From the NCBI GenBank assembly GCA_024277025.1, contig JAJRWA010000082.1, positions 13,169 to 77,168 on the forward strand: 64,000 nt of DNA, in the 5' to 3' direction. The DNA is from Candidatus Krumholzibacteriota bacterium (lineage in GTDB: Bacteria > Krumholzibacteriota > Krumholzibacteriia > LZORAL124-64-63). Positions 9,233-19,084 of this stretch are shown one piece after another (positions within the stretch are counted from its first letter, which is position 1; each line of letters opens with the position of its first letter). The position numbers were made by a program, and so were the translations under genes. Under the pieces are notes generated by a model. It saw nothing but the letters and a program-made list of their open reading frames with translations, was not told the DNA's origin and made no database searches.

Positions 9233-10383
9233 CCACCCGATCGCACGTGGTGGTGGACGCCCTGCAGGTCACGGGCACTCCGGCCGGCGTGGGACAGGCG
9301 ATTCTGGAGTACCTGGCGGAACTGAGCCGCTCCGAGCACGGTTTGCGGTTGACGGTGCTGGCCAGCCAGCCCGAGGTTTTTGATTTCCTGGCGGGACAGG
9401 AGCACTGGACTGTCCTTCATTGCCCGGCCGCCGAGGGCAGTGTCATGCGCAAGGCGGCGTTCACCCAGTGGGGGTTGCCGCGGCTGCTGACCCGGTTGCG
9501 GGCCGACCTGCTGCACAGCATGCAGTTCATCACGCCGCTGCGCAGCCCGTGCCCGACGGTCGCTACGGTGCACGACATGGTTTGGCGGCTGCACCCCGAG
9601 ACAATCGAGCAGCCGCGGCGTGGCTATTACCGCCTGATGGTGCCGCGCTCCCTGAAGGCGGCCGCGGCCATCCTGACCAACAGCGAGTCGACAGCGCGTG
9701 ACGTGCGGCGCTGCCTGCCCGGCGTGGCCGGGCGAACCCGGGTCACGGCCTTTGGCACGCCAACTTGGCTGGATGCGCTGCGCGACGGGGCGTCCGGGCC
9801 GGCAGACACACCCTTTTTCCTCTTTGTCGGCACCCTTGAGCCCCGGAAGAATCTGCCCAATCTCTTGGCGGCTTTTGGCCTTTTCTTGGACGATCTGCGC
9901 CGGCAGGGGCTGCAGGCAGAGCGCTGGCCCCGGTTGGTTCTGGTGGGTGCCGAGGGGTGGAAGATGAAGGGATTGCGCCCCTTGCTCGGCGGATTTCCCT
10001 ATCCTGATCATCTGGAGTGGCGTCACTACGCCCCGGCGGCTGAACTGGCCTTGTTGTACCGCACGGCCCTCGCTCTGGTCTTTCCTTCGCTGTATGAGGG
10101 CTTCGGCTTCCCGGTTCTCGAGGCCATGTCGGTGGGATTGCCGGTGATGACCTCGAAGCGCGGTGCCATGGCCGAAGTGGCGGGGGATGCGGCGTTGTTG
10201 GTTGACCCGCTGGATCCGCCGCAGATGGCGCGAACATTGCATCGTCTGCATACTGATAGTGAATTGCGGTCCAGTCTGGGCCGGAAGGGGCCCTTGCGCA
10301 GTGCCCAGTGGAACTGGGCCCAGACCGTGAACGCGACCTTGCCGGTCTATCACCAATTGACTGGCGGGAAGCCTCACAAATAA
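9229..10383 (+). CDS. Glycosyltransferase family 4 (GT-B fold, retaining)
   Basis: C-terminal GT4 signature (FLFVGTLEPRKN ... FPSLYEGFGFPVLEAMSVGLPVMTS). Start taken at the ATG at 9229, which overlaps the ligase stop. The track ORF starting at 8518 is an upstream read-through in the same frame. Confidence 0.75.
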   Translation: MTTRSHVVVDALQVTGTPAGVGQAILEYLAELSRSEHGLRLTVLASQPEVFDFLAGQEHWTVLHCPAAEGSVMRKAAFTQWGLPRLLTRLRADLLHSMQFITPLRSPCPTVATVHDMVWRLHPETIEQPRRGYYRLMVPRSLKAAAAILTNSESTARDVRRCLPGVAGRTRVTAFGTPTWLDALRDGASGPADTPFFLFVGTLEPRKNLPNLLAAFGLFLDDLRRQGLQAERWPRLVLVGAEGWKMKGLRPLLGGFPYPDHLEWRHYAPAAELALLYRTALALVFPSLYEGFGFPVLEAMSVGLPVMTSKRGAMAEVAGDAALLVDPLDPPQMARTLHRLHTDSELRSSLGRKGPLRSAQWNWAQTVNATLPVYHQLTGGKPHK

Positions 10384-10486
10384 TGATTGCCCGCTCTTGT
10401 GTCTTGGCGTAACTTCTGTCGAGGTTTGGTGGAAAGCCGGTCGTGGACCGGAATAGGCCAGAAAGAATTCGGGCTATTTCAATTGG

Positions 10487-11797
10487 TTGTTTCGGCTTGG
10501 TGACCCGATTCAAGGAGGAATTGTGGATCTGGGGATTGTAGCAGTCTTGGGCTTTGTGGCCGCGTTCCTGATGTCGTGGCTCGTGCAGCCACATTTCAGG
10601 AACCTGGGATTCCTGACCAAGATTGTTGACCACCCCGGCTACCGCCGTCCCCATCGGGAACCCGTTCCGCGTACCGGCGGCATGGCGATCTTCATCAGTT
10701 TCTTCTGTGCCCTCTTTTTTCTGGAAAATGTCATTCTTGACGTGCCGTTGCCCTGGTCGTGGCTGGGCATCCTGATCGGGGCGGGTCTGGCCATCATCGC
10801 CCTGGGTGTGGGCGACGACCGTTTCGGGATACACGCCGAGAAAAAGCTCTACGGGCAGTTGGTGGTCATCGTGGCCCTGATGCTGCTCGGCCAGCGGCTC
10901 GATACGATCACCCTGCCGCTGATGGGCACGATCTCGCTGGGGGGCTGGGCGTGGCCGTTCACCCTGTTCTGGTACCTCGGCTTTATCAATTCCATGAATC
11001 TGATCGATGGTTTGGATGGCTTGGCCAGCGGGATCAGTATTTTGGGCAGTGTGGCCCTGGTTGTGATCTCGCTGGCTGTCGGCGAGATGTTCTCCACTCT
11101 TTTCGCCGCGACCCTGTGCGGCGCCACGGTGGCCTTTTTCTACTGGAATATCAGCAAGCGCAAGATCTTCCTGGGCGATTCGGGCAGCATGTGGATGGGA
11201 TTGGCCCTGGCCATCCTGTTCCTGAACCTGAACCGCCAGACGCCGATTGCCTTGCCGATCATACTGGCCCCGATGATCGTGCCCATTTGGGATACCGGGA
11301 CCACGATCCTGCGTCGTTACCGCCATCGGACGTCGATTTTTCAGGCCGATGATTATCATCTGCACCACCGCCTGCTGCGGCTGGGCTTCACCCCTGGCGG
11401 TGCGGTCCTGGCCCTGCTGCTGGTCACGGCGGGCACGACCCTGTTTGCCTTGAGTGACTTTCTGGGGTTGGCGTGGCTGGGTTTGCCGGCCATGGGCTTC
11501 TGGATGTGGGCGGCCCAACTCGGGGCGCTCCGCCACCTGCAGAACCGGCGACACGGCCTGGACCTGTTTACCGAGATGACCTATGCCCTGGGGTTCGACG
11601 ACCGCCTGGACCGCCTGGACGGCAAGACGGGTGGCAATGTGGCCGAGATCATCGATCTGCAGGCCGAACGGCAGCGCGTGGCCCGCGCGCAGAGAGTGCG
11701 CCTGGAGGGCACGACCGGTACGGAGAGCCCGGCGGACGACAAATTTGCAAAGGACGCGCCGGATGTCGTTCAGCCCCCTGCCAAAGAACTTCACTGA
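10487..11797 (+). CDS. Polyprenyl-phosphate sugar-1-phosphate transferase, MraY/WecA family (GT4 membrane family), with a C-terminal extension
   Basis: Motifs HPGYRRPHREPVPRTGGMAIF and NSMNLIDGLDGLASG within a polytopic membrane profile. An additional ~90-aa charged tail is present. The exact start is uncertain; an in-frame GTG exists about 36 nt downstream. Confidence 0.7.
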   Translation: MFRLGDPIQGGIVDLGIVAVLGFVAAFLMSWLVQPHFRNLGFLTKIVDHPGYRRPHREPVPRTGGMAIFISFFCALFFLENVILDVPLPWSWLGILIGAGLAIIALGVGDDRFGIHAEKKLYGQLVVIVALMLLGQRLDTITLPLMGTISLGGWAWPFTLFWYLGFINSMNLIDGLDGLASGISILGSVALVVISLAVGEMFSTLFAATLCGATVAFFYWNISKRKIFLGDSGSMWMGLALAILFLNLNRQTPIALPIILAPMIVPIWDTGTTILRRYRHRTSIFQADDYHLHHRLLRLGFTPGGAVLALLLVTAGTTLFALSDFLGLAWLGLPAMGFWMWAAQLGALRHLQNRRHGLDLFTEMTYALGFDDRLDRLDGKTGGNVAEIIDLQAERQRVARAQRVRLEGTTGTESPADDKFAKDAPDVVQPPAKELH

Positions 11798-12443
11798 CCA
11801 TCTATCTGCTCTGGATCCAGCCTCTGACGCGGTGCTCGAATTGGGTAGCGGCGAAGGGCGCCTGAGCGCCCGCATCGCCGAGCTGGCCGGCGGGTGCGTG
11901 CGTTTGGAGCGGCGGCGGCCACAAACCGGTGTGGTCTGCGATCTGGTCGGGGATGCGCGCTTTCCACCCGTCAGGCAGCGGTCATTGGCGGTTGTCGTGG
12001 CGGCGAACCTGGTCAGGCATCTGCGTCCGCGGCAACGGCTGGGAGAGTGGCTGGAGTCGTGGCGGCGCCTGCTGCGTCCGGACGGCGCCCTGTACATCCT
12101 GGAGGATGACCCCGATCCGACGGTACCGGCGCAGAGAAACTTCCGGGACCTGCAGCGATTCCTGGCCCGCTTGTTGCCCGAGTCACGGGGAACGCTTTTG
12201 GGATTGAACCGGTTTCGTGAGAGTGTGGCCTCTGGCGAGGCGGCCGCCGGCTGGACCTTCGGCTATCAACAGAACGGTGTGGGAGTGGATCCGACTGAAG
12301 TGCTGCGGCTGTTGAGTGCCGGACAGGGCCGGGTTACCGGGGCCGAGGCTGCGCTGAGCGAGGCGATCAGTCGGGATGGGATCGCGCCTGGCCGGTACTG
12401 GTGGGCCCGGGCGGAAGCCCCTGGCGATGAGGTGGAACGATGA
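11763..12443 (+). CDS. Class I SAM-dependent methyltransferase
   Basis: Glycine-rich SAM-binding motif VLELGSGEGRLS and an acidic motif ALYILEDDPD. Start taken at the ATG at 11763 (MSFSPLPKNF), which overlaps the upstream gene's 3' end. The long upstream extension in the track (from 11583) is rejected. Confidence 0.6.
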   Translation: MSFSPLPKNFTDHLSALDPASDAVLELGSGEGRLSARIAELAGGCVRLERRRPQTGVVCDLVGDARFPPVRQRSLAVVVAANLVRHLRPRQRLGEWLESWRRLLRPDGALYILEDDPDPTVPAQRNFRDLQRFLARLLPESRGTLLGLNRFRESVASGEAAAGWTFGYQQNGVGVDPTEVLRLLSAGQGRVTGAEAALSEAISRDGIAPGRYWWARAEAPGDEVER

Positions 12444-13762
12444 AGAGAACAGGTGTCTGGCTGGCCTTGGGTGCTCTGTGCGGCGGGCTGGTTCTGGCCA
12501 CGCTGGCACCGCGCTCGGTGGTGGACTGGCGGGCGGTGCGGGCCATCGGCCTGGAGAGCGATGATTGGGGCCTGGCCGGATTCGTGCCGCGGGCCGACAG
12601 CTGGCAGGGACTGGACCGCGAGGCCCTCAAGCCGGGGCGATTCCCGCCCGTCTACTGGGGGTCCACCCTGGAGGACGCGGCGGTGGTCGAGCGAATGACC
12701 AGTGTGCTGGCCGCTCACGTCGGGCGCGACGGAGTGCCCGCGGTGTTTCAGCCCAATTATGTGATGGGTTCGTTGGGATACGATGAGGCTGACGGACGTT
12801 GGCAGTCGTACGAATTGCCCCACTGGCCGCCCGAGTACCCGCGGCCCGGGTTGTGGCGGGCGGTCGTACAGGCGCAGGCCCGCGGGGTGTGGCATCCGGA
12901 GTTGCACGCGGCGCTGCACTATGATCCGGAACTGCGGCAGAGTCGGGGGCTGGAGTCTGAGCTGGCCCGCGCGGTCACCGGTCGTGGGATTACCCTGTTT
13001 CCTGGCAGCGAACAGGCCCGTGAACTTTCGCCGGGACGGTCTGCTGAAGCCATGACAGCTGAATTGGCTCACTCGCTGGCCGTATTCGCGCGCGTGTTCG
13101 GGCGACCGGCGGGATCAATCATTGCGCCGGACTACACGTGGTCCGGCTGGCATGAGAGATTGTGGCAGGAGCGCGGTCTGTCGGTCATTCAAGCCAAGCG
13201 GGAACAACTGAACCCTTTGTGGCTGTCCGGCATGCCGGGTCGGATTCAGAAGTACCTGGACCGGCAATGGGCCAAGCTGACCCAGTTTGGCCGCACCTAT
13301 CTGGAACGCAATTGCCTGCTGGAGCCGGTGCAGTCGGACGACGCGGCTGCCGTAGTGGACCGCTGCCTTGAAGACACGCGCCGGGCCTGGCGCCGGGGAC
13401 AGCCGGCAATCGTGGAAACCCATCGGGTGAACTTTGCCCATACGGACCCTCGCATTGTTGCGACGGGGCTCGAGGCGCTGGACGACTATCTGTCTGCGGC
13501 CTGCCTGCTCGATGGCGGGCCGGTCTTCCTGTGCGACACCGAGATTGCGCAGCTGACGAGGCGTGGCGTGAGTTGGCGGCGGTCCGGCGGCCAACTGGTA
13601 CTGCGCAACGCGACCCACTCCGCCCGGGTTCTGACCCTGTCGGTGGCCGAGTTGGCAACGTGCGGCCTGGTTGGTCGGCAGCCCGTTTTTATTCTGCTTG
13701 CGGCTGGTCAGGTTCTCCGGTTGGACCTGTCCGAGTTGAAGTTGCGCGGCAACTTATCCTGA
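12440..13762 (+). CDS. Hypothetical exported protein (signal peptide) of unknown function within the glycan cluster
   Basis: MKRTGVWLALGALCGGLVLATLA looks like a signal peptide. No domain could be assigned confidently by eye. The start overlaps the methyltransferase stop by 4 nt. Confidence 0.45.
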   Translation: MKRTGVWLALGALCGGLVLATLAPRSVVDWRAVRAIGLESDDWGLAGFVPRADSWQGLDREALKPGRFPPVYWGSTLEDAAVVERMTSVLAAHVGRDGVPAVFQPNYVMGSLGYDEADGRWQSYELPHWPPEYPRPGLWRAVVQAQARGVWHPELHAALHYDPELRQSRGLESELARAVTGRGITLFPGSEQARELSPGRSAEAMTAELAHSLAVFARVFGRPAGSIIAPDYTWSGWHERLWQERGLSVIQAKREQLNPLWLSGMPGRIQKYLDRQWAKLTQFGRTYLERNCLLEPVQSDDAAAVVDRCLEDTRRAWRRGQPAIVETHRVNFAHTDPRIVATGLEALDDYLSAACLLDGGPVFLCDTEIAQLTRRGVSWRRSGGQLVLRNATHSARVLTLSVAELATCGLVGRQPVFILLAAGQVLRLDLSELKLRGNLS

Positions 13763-14143
13763 CAGTGTGCCTTTTTTTGTGCTATTGATAACGCGTTTTA
13801 GTAATTTACTGTCATTAAGGGTATTTCTGCTTCTAAATATGATCCATTGACCGGAATTCCTCGGTGTGGTATAGTTTTGATTGCGCATAATAGCGCACCA
13901 GGGTCACACGTTCATCGTGCATTTGAGTACAAGTCATTGGGAGGTCTCTCAGACAGCCAAGGCTAACGCGCAACATATCCGGGGCGGGTCAATCAAGATC
14001 CGGACCGGATCGTATCGACACCGATGGAAATGGAATCGTTCTGACCCTGAGGTTCATTCCTCGCCAAATCATACCTCGTCCCGGAGCGGGCTCAAGGCGC
14101 TGGCGGTGCCTTTCCTGCCCGGACGAGTGTTCGGAGGCCATGC

Positions 14144-17100
14144 ATGCTCGCATACGGAGTTCGCCCGCTCAAAATTGCATCCCTGATTTTTATTCTGACC
14201 CTGCTGGCGGTTCCTGCCGGTACGGCCCTGGCGGCCGCAGGTTCTGGTCAAGTGATCCATGAAGGCACCTTTGGCCGGGACCAGTTCGGCTGGGCCACCG
14301 CGCCCGGTGGCAACGCCTATCCCGTGATCACCGGATCGCGCACCCTGGCGGAGCCCGGTCTGCCTATGCTGCCGGTGAGTGAGATGCTTTTTCTGGTGCC
14401 TCTGGGCAGTGATGTTGCGCGGGTTTGGATCGAGCCGCTGGCCACCCACCGGGAGCAGTTGAGCCAACCGTTGCCGTTGGCTGAGGGGCACGCCGCCGAT
14501 TCCGGCGAGCTGCTGATGACTCGTATTCTGGCCGACGATGGTCCGGCTTTTCCCGCTGCCTGGAGCCGCTCCGGCGGCACCCATGTTTGGCGTGGCTACC
14601 GCCTGCTGGCGGTGACGGTGTATCCGGTGCGGCGGGTCACGGAAGACGGTGTCACGGCTCTGGAATACCTCGACGAGTACGCGGTGCGGGTCGAATTCAA
14701 GGCGAATGATCGCCCGGAAGACGTGGTGCAGCGGCAGCGGTTGGTGGCCGGTGAGGCCCGCAGCAACCAGGCGATGCTGGCCAGGTTGGTGGCCAATCCG
14801 GAAGTGGTCGCCTCGTATAACCGTGAGACCGGTGTCGCGATCGCCGAACCCGCCGGTGGCTTTCAGCCCACGGTGGCGCCCAGTCTCGCGGGCAGTGGCG
14901 TCAACTACCTGATCATCACCAACGAGGACATGCGGGCGTCATTCCAGGTCCTGGCTGATTTCAAGACAGCCCAGGGTCTGCCGGCCGTGGTCGTGACGCG
15001 CGAAGAGATCGCCGCCACGAGCCGGAACGGTGCGGACATCCAGGAGACCATCCGGATGTACATCCAGGATGCCTACGCCATGTGGGGCGTGGAGTATGTC
15101 CTGCTCGGCGGCGATTCCGATATCCTGCCGCCCCGCTACATCAAGAACTCGTTCTACCCGACCAACGGCTACACCGCGATTCCGTGCGACCTGTATTTTG
15201 CCTGCCTGGACGGCAACTGGAATGCCGATGGGGACAGTGAATTCGGTGAGCCGGCGCAGCTTCCCGCCGTTGGGGATCTGGTCGATTTCGCGGAGGAAGT
15301 CTATGTGGGGCGGGCTGCGGTCAGCGACCCGGCCGCCGCGCTGGTTTTTGTGAACAAGGTCATCGGGTACGAGACGACGGCCGCCGGGGTGCAGTGGACC
15401 AATCGGGCGCTGTTCGCCGCGGAAGTGCTCTTCCCCTCGGACTTCGACGTGCAGGGCTATATCATTCTGGACGGTGCCAAGTTCGCCGACCAGCAGGTGA
15501 CCGAGTCCATCGTCCCGTGCACGACCATGGAATATACGCGGATGTACGAGACGGACATGGATCACCCGTGGGATGCGCCGCTGACCCGTGCCGCCTTGAT
15601 TGATACCCTCAACACGGGCCACTACGGAATTTTCAACCAGATTGGCCACGGCTACTACTTCAATATGTCCGTTGGCGACGCCAACTTCATGACCACCGAT
15701 GCGGACGCGCTGACCAACGGCGACAACCTGTTCATGATCTACGCCTTGAATTGCGCGTCCGCTGCCTTCGACAACTCGTGTCTGCTCGAGAGGTTCGTGC
15801 AGAACCCGAACGGGGGATCCGTATGTTCGATCGGCTCGGTGCGGGCGGCGTTCCCGAACAACTCCAACAACTACCAGCAGAACTTCTTCGGTGAGCTGTA
15901 TTGTCTGGATGAAGCCCGGGCGGGGAATCTGATCGCCATGAGTCGCCTGCCCTATATCGGCGCGACCGTCGACAACTATGTCGACCGCTGGACTTTTGAG
16001 AACTACACGCTGCTGGGCGATCCGGCCCTGCAGATTTGGACGGGTGTGCCGGCAGCCGTGGCGGTGGGCGGACCTGTCGCCCTGAATCCCGGCCCGCAGA
16101 CCCTGGTCTACACGATCACCGCCGGCGGCAGCCCCGTGGCCGGCGCCCGGGTCTGTCTGGCCAAGGACGGCGAGGACTATGCGTATGGTCTGACCGACGC
16201 CCTGGGGCAGGTCAGCTTGGACTTCCTGCCGGCCAGCACCGGCACGGCGACCCTGACGGTCTCGGGCAAGAACCTGGCCCAGACCAGTCTGGCCATACCG
16301 GTCACGGCGGGTGATTCCTACTTTGCTCTGGATTCGATGGCAATAGGCGATGACGGTTCGAACGGCAGCCTGGGCAACGCCAACAGCATCATGGACACCG
16401 GTGAAACGGTGGCTCTGTCGCCGGTTCTGCTGGAAACCGGCGGGGTGCCCGAGTTGGGCCTGAGTGCGGTACTGACCTGCGACAACGGTCTGGTGACGAT
16501 CGTCAACGGTACGGCCAACCTGGCCGCAGTCGGCGCGGGTGGCCTGACGAGCGTGGATACACCGTTCCTGGTGGCGGTGTCGCCGGACCTGGCAGACGGG
16601 ACCAGGCTGACCTTCCAACTGGATGTCACCGGCGCCAACGGCAGCTATGTCGTTCGCTGGGGGGTGAATGTGGCCGGCCCCGAAGTGGAGGTCACCGGCC
16701 TGGACTGGGACGACAGTGTTTTTGGCGACGGCAATGGAAGTTTCACCGACGGCGAGCGCCTGGCGATCACCGTTGACCTGAAGAACTACGGCAGTGGTCT
16801 GGCCGACCAGATCACGGGTGTGCTGAGGACGTCCTCGGCGAATTTCACGATTTACGACAGCACGGCAACCTGGACGGATCTCGGCCTGATGGAAGAGAGC
16901 CCGGGCAGCCTGATGTTCTCCGCGTCGGTGCCGTTGGCGAGCAAGGCCCACGCGGCGTGGATTCTGTTCACGGACAACCACGGGCGTACTTTCCGGCACG
17001 ACTTCAGTCTGCCGCGGCCGGCCGCGCCGCTGAATATCTACACCGATACCAGTCTCGGCGCCGACGTGATCGCCCTGAGCTGGGATCCGGCGGCCACCGC

Positions 17101-18991
17101 GTCGGTGTTCGGTTACAACGTCTATCGCAGCCTGGATCCGGGCGGTCCGTTTGTCCGGGTCAACGAGGATGTCATCGCCGGGACTTCCTACTATCGGGAC
17201 GAAGGCCTCGGGCAGTTGACACGGTACTACTATCAGGTGGCGAGCATCGATTCGACGCTGGTCCCGTCGGTGGCCTCGGCCGTGGTCGTGCAGTCGACCG
17301 CTCCGGCCGAGCAGCAGGGGTTCCCGGTCGAGTTCTCGGATGAGACCAGCAGCCACGCTGCCGTGGGCGATGTCGATGGTGACGGCGACGATGAAATCAT
17401 CCTGGCCAGCAGCCAGGTCTACGTGTGGCACCATGACGGGCTTGAGCTCTATGACGGTGACAACGATTCCCAGACCCTGGGCAATTTCACGGATTTCCCG
17501 GTGGGTGCCTTGCTCCAGCCAGCCGGGGTCACTCTGGCGGATCTGGATGGCGTGCCGGGTGCCGAGATCATCGTGACGGAACGCTCACCGGCCACGCAGA
17601 TCCATGTCTACCGGTTTGACGGCAGCGAGCTTCCGGGCTGGCCCCAGTCCACCGGTGGTGTGGCGGGATCGCGCTGGAACTGGGCGACGCCCGCCGTTGG
17701 CGATATCGATGGCGATGGCCAGGACGAGGTCGTGGTCAACACGCTGAACGGCCGCGTCTGGGCCTGGCATGGGGATGGGACCGAAGTGCGTGACGGGGAC
17801 GGCGATCCGACCACCAATGGTTTGTTCTACGTGCGGCCCGGCGCCGACTGGGAGTGGAGCCGCAGTGGTCCGGCCCTGTACGACCTGGACGGTGACGGTG
17901 CCAAGGAGATTATCTTCGGCACGAAGAACGATGACACGGGATTGCGCCGCTTGATGGCCTTGAAGTCCGACGGCACCGATGCGCCCGGCTTCCCCTATAT
18001 CGCCAACGGTCCCATCAGCTGTGATCCGGCCATTGGCGATCTGGACAACGACGGCGTCGTTGAGATCGTGTTCTTCGATCAGTACAAGTATGTGTACGCG
18101 GTGCGGCAGGACGGCACGGATTATCCCGGCTTCCCCAAGCTGACGCCCTACGCGGCAAGCTCGAGCTGGGTGACCAGCCCCGGCCTGGGCGACATGGATG
18201 GCGACGGGATGCTTGAGATCATCTACGCGCCCAACGACACCGGTTTGCTGAGCCGGATCATTGTCATGGACACGGATTACGCCGGTGGCACTTCCGGCGA
18301 TTTCCTGCCGGGCTTCCCGGTCGATCTGCCCGGCAGTTCGGAAGGCAGTCCGATCATCGCCGATATCGACGGGGACAGTTCGCCGGACATCGTGCACGGG
18401 ATCGGCGGCGGCGACGAGAGTGCCCCGTACAACCTGTATGCCTACCACGCGGACGGATCACCCATCGACGGCTTCCCCATCACTCTGACCGGACCGATCA
18501 TGCCGGCGGTCACGATCACCGATGTCGACAACGACTCGGATGTGGATATCGTCTACGGCGGCTGGGATTTCAAGATGCACGTCTGGGATATGCCGTTCGC
18601 CTACAGCGGCGTTAATTCACCGTGGCCGACGTTCGGGGCTTCGGCCAGGCGTGACGGCGTGATACGGTCGCTGTATGTCTCGGGCGTTGATGGGCGGGAC
18701 GATGTGCCGGCGGCGGGCTTTACGGTCAACAACCCGTATCCCAATCCGTTCAATCCTTCGACGTCGATCCAGCTCTATATCCCGGCCGGTGCCGAGCTTG
18801 AACTGGGCATCTACGATCTGGCCGGACGCCGGGTGCGGTTGCTGCACAACGGCGCGATCAGCGCTGGCTGGCACACCCTGGTCTGGGATGGGCAGGATGA
18901 CGACGGGCGCGGGCAGGCCAGCGGCTTGTATTTTGCGCGGGTCCGCAGCGCCGGCAAGAGCACGATCAAGAAGATGACCCTGGTCAAGTAA
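14144..18991 (+). CDS. Giant secreted multidomain protein: signal peptide, gingipain-like C25 cysteine peptidase domain, Ig-like/spacer region, FG-GAP/VCBS-type repeat block, and a T9SS-type C-terminal sorting domain
   Basis: 1615 aa, uninterrupted. An N-terminal signal peptide (IFILTLLAVPAGTALAAAG) and a C25-family propeptide/catalytic region (VNYLIITNEDM...YVLLGGDSDILPP...IGHGYYFNMSVGD...IYALNCASAAFD) with catalytic-His/Cys-like contexts. A run of DxDGDG...EI[IV] FG-GAP-type calcium-binding repeats (DVDGDGDDEIIL, DIDGDGQDEVVV, DLDGDGAKEIIF, DLDNDGVVEIVF, DMDGDGMLEIIY, DIDGDSSPDIVH, DVDNDSDVDIVY). A C-terminal ~90 aa matches the Por_Secre_tail/FlgD-Ig-like CTD (NNPYPNPFNPSTSIQLYIP...GIYDLAGRRVRLL...GLYFARV...KKMTLVK). 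Confidence 0.8.
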   Translation: MLAYGVRPLKIASLIFILTLLAVPAGTALAAAGSGQVIHEGTFGRDQFGWATAPGGNAYPVITGSRTLAEPGLPMLPVSEMLFLVPLGSDVARVWIEPLATHREQLSQPLPLAEGHAADSGELLMTRILADDGPAFPAAWSRSGGTHVWRGYRLLAVTVYPVRRVTEDGVTALEYLDEYAVRVEFKANDRPEDVVQRQRLVAGEARSNQAMLARLVANPEVVASYNRETGVAIAEPAGGFQPTVAPSLAGSGVNYLIITNEDMRASFQVLADFKTAQGLPAVVVTREEIAATSRNGADIQETIRMYIQDAYAMWGVEYVLLGGDSDILPPRYIKNSFYPTNGYTAIPCDLYFACLDGNWNADGDSEFGEPAQLPAVGDLVDFAEEVYVGRAAVSDPAAALVFVNKVIGYETTAAGVQWTNRALFAAEVLFPSDFDVQGYIILDGAKFADQQVTESIVPCTTMEYTRMYETDMDHPWDAPLTRAALIDTLNTGHYGIFNQIGHGYYFNMSVGDANFMTTDADALTNGDNLFMIYALNCASAAFDNSCLLERFVQNPNGGSVCSIGSVRAAFPNNSNNYQQNFFGELYCLDEARAGNLIAMSRLPYIGATVDNYVDRWTFENYTLLGDPALQIWTGVPAAVAVGGPVALNPGPQTLVYTITAGGSPVAGARVCLAKDGEDYAYGLTDALGQVSLDFLPASTGTATLTVSGKNLAQTSLAIPVTAGDSYFALDSMAIGDDGSNGSLGNANSIMDTGETVALSPVLLETGGVPELGLSAVLTCDNGLVTIVNGTANLAAVGAGGLTSVDTPFLVAVSPDLADGTRLTFQLDVTGANGSYVVRWGVNVAGPEVEVTGLDWDDSVFGDGNGSFTDGERLAITVDLKNYGSGLADQITGVLRTSSANFTIYDSTATWTDLGLMEESPGSLMFSASVPLASKAHAAWILFTDNHGRTFRHDFSLPRPAAPLNIYTDTSLGADVIALSWDPAATASVFGYNVYRSLDPGGPFVRVNEDVIAGTSYYRDEGLGQLTRYYYQVASIDSTLVPSVASAVVVQSTAPAEQQGFPVEFSDETSSHAAVGDVDGDGDDEIILASSQVYVWHHDGLELYDGDNDSQTLGNFTDFPVGALLQPAGVTLADLDGVPGAEIIVTERSPATQIHVYRFDGSELPGWPQSTGGVAGSRWNWATPAVGDIDGDGQDEVVVNTLNGRVWAWHGDGTEVRDGDGDPTTNGLFYVRPGADWEWSRSGPALYDLDGDGAKEIIFGTKNDDTGLRRLMALKSDGTDAPGFPYIANGPISCDPAIGDLDNDGVVEIVFFDQYKYVYAVRQDGTDYPGFPKLTPYAASSSWVTSPGLGDMDGDGMLEIIYAPNDTGLLSRIIVMDTDYAGGTSGDFLPGFPVDLPGSSEGSPIIADIDGDSSPDIVHGIGGGDESAPYNLYAYHADGSPIDGFPITLTGPIMPAVTITDVDNDSDVDIVYGGWDFKMHVWDMPFAYSGVNSPWPTFGASARRDGVIRSLYVSGVDGRDDVPAAGFTVNNPYPNPFNPSTSIQLYIPAGAELELGIYDLAGRRVRLLHNGAISAGWHTLVWDGQDDDGRGQASGLYFARVRSAGKSTIKKMTLVK

Positions 18992-19032
18992 TTGTCCGGA
19001 TTGACGACGACCGGCACAGCCTCTATTCTATT

Positions 19033-19075
19033 GGCGCGGCTCCTGAGGGGCCGCGCCGTGTCGTTCCCTTTCTCC
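19033..19075 (+). terminator. Candidate terminator hairpin after the giant peptidase gene
   Basis: GGCGCGGC-tcctgagg-GCCGCGCC stem about 40 nt after the TAA, followed by a weak T/C-rich tract (GTGTCGTTCCCTTTCTCC). It overlaps the 5' end of the long track ORF for the downstream SBP, which is why the SBP start is placed at the GTG at 19085. Confidence 0.4.
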
Positions 19076-19084
19076 AGCGACCAG

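Noticed and set aside
13881-14186. 101-aa ORF inside the AT-rich island upstream of the peptidase gene
   Set aside because: It overlaps the start of the 1615-aa gene, its composition is atypical for this genome and it has no recognisable motifs. It is more likely to be promoter, leader or non-coding RNA sequence than a protein gene.
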